DNA of 37,379 bases, from contig CAZDQA010000003.1 in the NCBI GenBank assembly GCA_964507605.1, forward strand, positions 1 through 37,379, read 5' to 3'. The position numbers and the translations under genes are program-made. Below, piece after piece: positions 36,133-37,379 of the stretch (its first letter is position 1; each line of letters begins with the position of its first letter). Below the pieces are notes generated by a model. It worked only from the letters and a program-made list of their open reading frames with translations. It did not search any database and was not told the DNA's origin. The DNA comes from an uncultured Pseudomonadales bacterium. GTDB taxonomy: Bacteria; Patescibacteriota; Microgenomatia; UBA1400; CG1-02-47-37.

Positions 36133-36502
36133 CAGTTTTAGCCTTTACCTGGTTGCCTCGATCTTTCCCGGCTTAACCATTCCGCCGCTGGTCTTTAACT
36201 TAATCTGGGCCGGAATTATCTTTACTCTTGTCAATCGCTTGGTTAAACCGGTCATTAAACTCATTCTTTTGCCGATTAACTTAATCACTTTAGGTCTTTT
36301 TGGCTGGCTGGCCAATGTCTTAGTCCTCTTGATTGCTACCCGCTTGGTCGATTCCTTAACCATCGCTGGTTTTGTTTCTCAATCTTTCACTTATTCCGGC
36401 TTTTCTGTTCCCAGTTTAACTTTTTCTCCCTTTGTTGTCTTGATTATTGCCTCCTTTCTCTTGAGCTTAACCTTTAGGGGTATAATGGCTTTATGCTCTT
36501 AA
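36101..36502 (+). CDS. Phage-holin-family-4-like (YvlD-type) small membrane protein
   Basis: 133 aa with 4 hydrophobic segments. The pattern LVN.LVKPVIKLILLPINLITLGLFGWLANVLVL...RLV resembles the YvlD/holin_4_2 family (from memory). Overlaps the upstream gene by 32 nt. Confidence 0.6.
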   Translation: MKDFLRQSLINSFSLYLVASIFPGLTIPPLVFNLIWAGIIFTLVNRLVKPVIKLILLPINLITLGLFGWLANVLVLLIATRLVDSLTIAGFVSQSFTYSGFSVPSLTFSPFVVLIIASFLLSLTFRGIMALCS

Positions 36503-36702
36503 CCGCAATTCAAATCATTATCAGCCTTATTTTAATCGGTTTAATTTTACTTCAGGCCAAAGGTACCGGTTTAGGCTCAACTTTTGGCGGCCAGTCTCAA
36601 GCTTATCATTCTAAAAGGGGAGTGGAAAAAGTAGTTTTTTATAGCACGATTATTGCCGGGGTTCTTTTTGTGATCATCTCGCTGTTAAACTTTCGCCTAT
36701 GA
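36493..36702 (+). CDS. secG: Preprotein translocase subunit SecG
   Basis: 69 aa with two TM helices and the signature LILLQAKGTGLGSTFGG. Confidence 0.85.
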   Translation: MLLTAIQIIISLILIGLILLQAKGTGLGSTFGGQSQAYHSKRGVEKVVFYSTIIAGVLFVIISLLNFRL

Positions 36703-37379
36703 TTCTGACCAGGCCTTTTCGCAAACCTTTCTGGATCTTGAAATCCTTTGGCAAAAAACACCAAAGGCTCATCTTATTAGCGTCCTTTTTCGGAGCTATT
36801 CTCTTTGTCTTTATTAAAAATCTCCTGCCGCTTTTGCCCCAGATAAAAGCCAGTACCCGGATCGGCCTGGTCGGCCAATACACCCTGAATACTTTACCGC
36901 TTTCCGTCAGCCAAAACATCAGCCGCGGCTTAACCAAAATCGATCAAGCCGGACAGGTTATCCCTGATCTGGCCCAAAGCTGGGAAATTTCCGAAGACGA
37001 AACTCTTTACCGGATAAATCTTAAAAAAGACATTTTCTGGTCTGACAACACCCCGATTAAAGCTAAAGATTTAGGCTTTTCCATTCCCGATGTCCAATTT
37101 AAACCTCTTGACGATTACACTTTAAGCTTTCAGCTCAAAGAGTCTTATGCCCCGTTTTTATCTCTTTTAGCCCGGCCGGTTTTTTCAAAAAACAACCAGG
37201 GCGCTGGCAAATTCATGATCAAATCTTTAAAATATTCCGGCCAATATTTAAAATCAATTGAGCTGGTTAACTTTAAAGAAAATCTTTATTACCGTTTTTA
37301 CCCTTCCCACGAAGCCGCCTGGCTTGGCTTTAAACTGGGTGAAGTTGATCAACTGCAGAACTTGTTGATCAACCCTTTA
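36699..37379 (+). CDS. ABC transporter substrate-binding protein, family 5 (peptide/nickel type), N-terminal part; continues past the window end
   Basis: The frame is open from the ATG at 36699 (ATGA overlap with the secG stop) to the window end (227 codons), so it is absent from the ORF track. An N-terminal TM anchor is followed by GL.K.D..G...P.LA.SWE.S.D...Y...L+.D..WSD, typical of SBP_bac_5. Confidence 0.7.
   Translation, partial: MILTRPFRKPFWILKSFGKKHQRLILLASFFGAILFVFIKNLLPLLPQIKASTRIGLVGQYTLNTLPLSVSQNISRGLTKIDQAGQVIPDLAQSWEISEDETLYRINLKKDIFWSDNTPIKAKDLGFSIPDVQFKPLDDYTLSFQLKESYAPFLSLLARPVFSKNNQGAGKFMIKSLKYSGQYLKSIELVNFKENLYYRFYPSHEAAWLGFKLGEVDQLQNLLINPL

Overview
This is a tightly packed, almost gap-free stretch of a small-genome fermentative bacterium. 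My guess is Candidate Phyla Radiation/Patescibacteria. It uses the standard code: TGA is used as a stop (e.g. gpmI, secG).

About 90% of the window is recognisable housekeeping:
- lemA-htpX and gatCAB
- dnaE, pyrG, rplS, then tRNA-Lys and tRNA-Glu
- a complete F1Fo ATP synthase operon (atpBEFHAGDC) with a small HExxH peptidase and a short holA-like gene translationally coupled to its end
- a sugar/lower-glycolysis-to-acetate block: PMM/PGM, PGI/PMI, PEP synthase, enolase, iPGM, ADP-forming acetyl-CoA synthetase and a two-subunit 2-oxoacid:ferredoxin oxidoreductase
- rsmI, lexA, a large transglutaminase-core envelope protein, a holin-4-like membrane protein, secG and the start of a family-5 solute-binding protein

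The unusual part is a REP/RAYT-like system. Two paralogous HUH/Y1 (IS200-like, RAYT-type) genes sit at 4600-5250 and 22642-23301, both on the minus strand. Each is bracketed by its own 23-nt palindrome type, and each carries a copy of that same palindrome in frame inside its own coding sequence, at the homologous position right after the catalytic-Tyr motif YIHRNP. Cassette 2 has a second in-frame copy.

Further copies lie at 11559 (a compensatory-variant type) and 30509. Together with the stop-proximal flank copies of the two cassettes, these sit on 4 of the 5 convergent gene junctions. All four are translated as the last residues of the plus-strand housekeeping ORFs.

Several transcription-unit-initial genes have near-consensus -35/-10 boxes only 6-8 nt from the ATG, which suggests leaderless mRNAs, whereas operon-internal genes have strong AGGAGG sites. 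All calls come from reading the sequence and ORF translations by eye. No searches were run.
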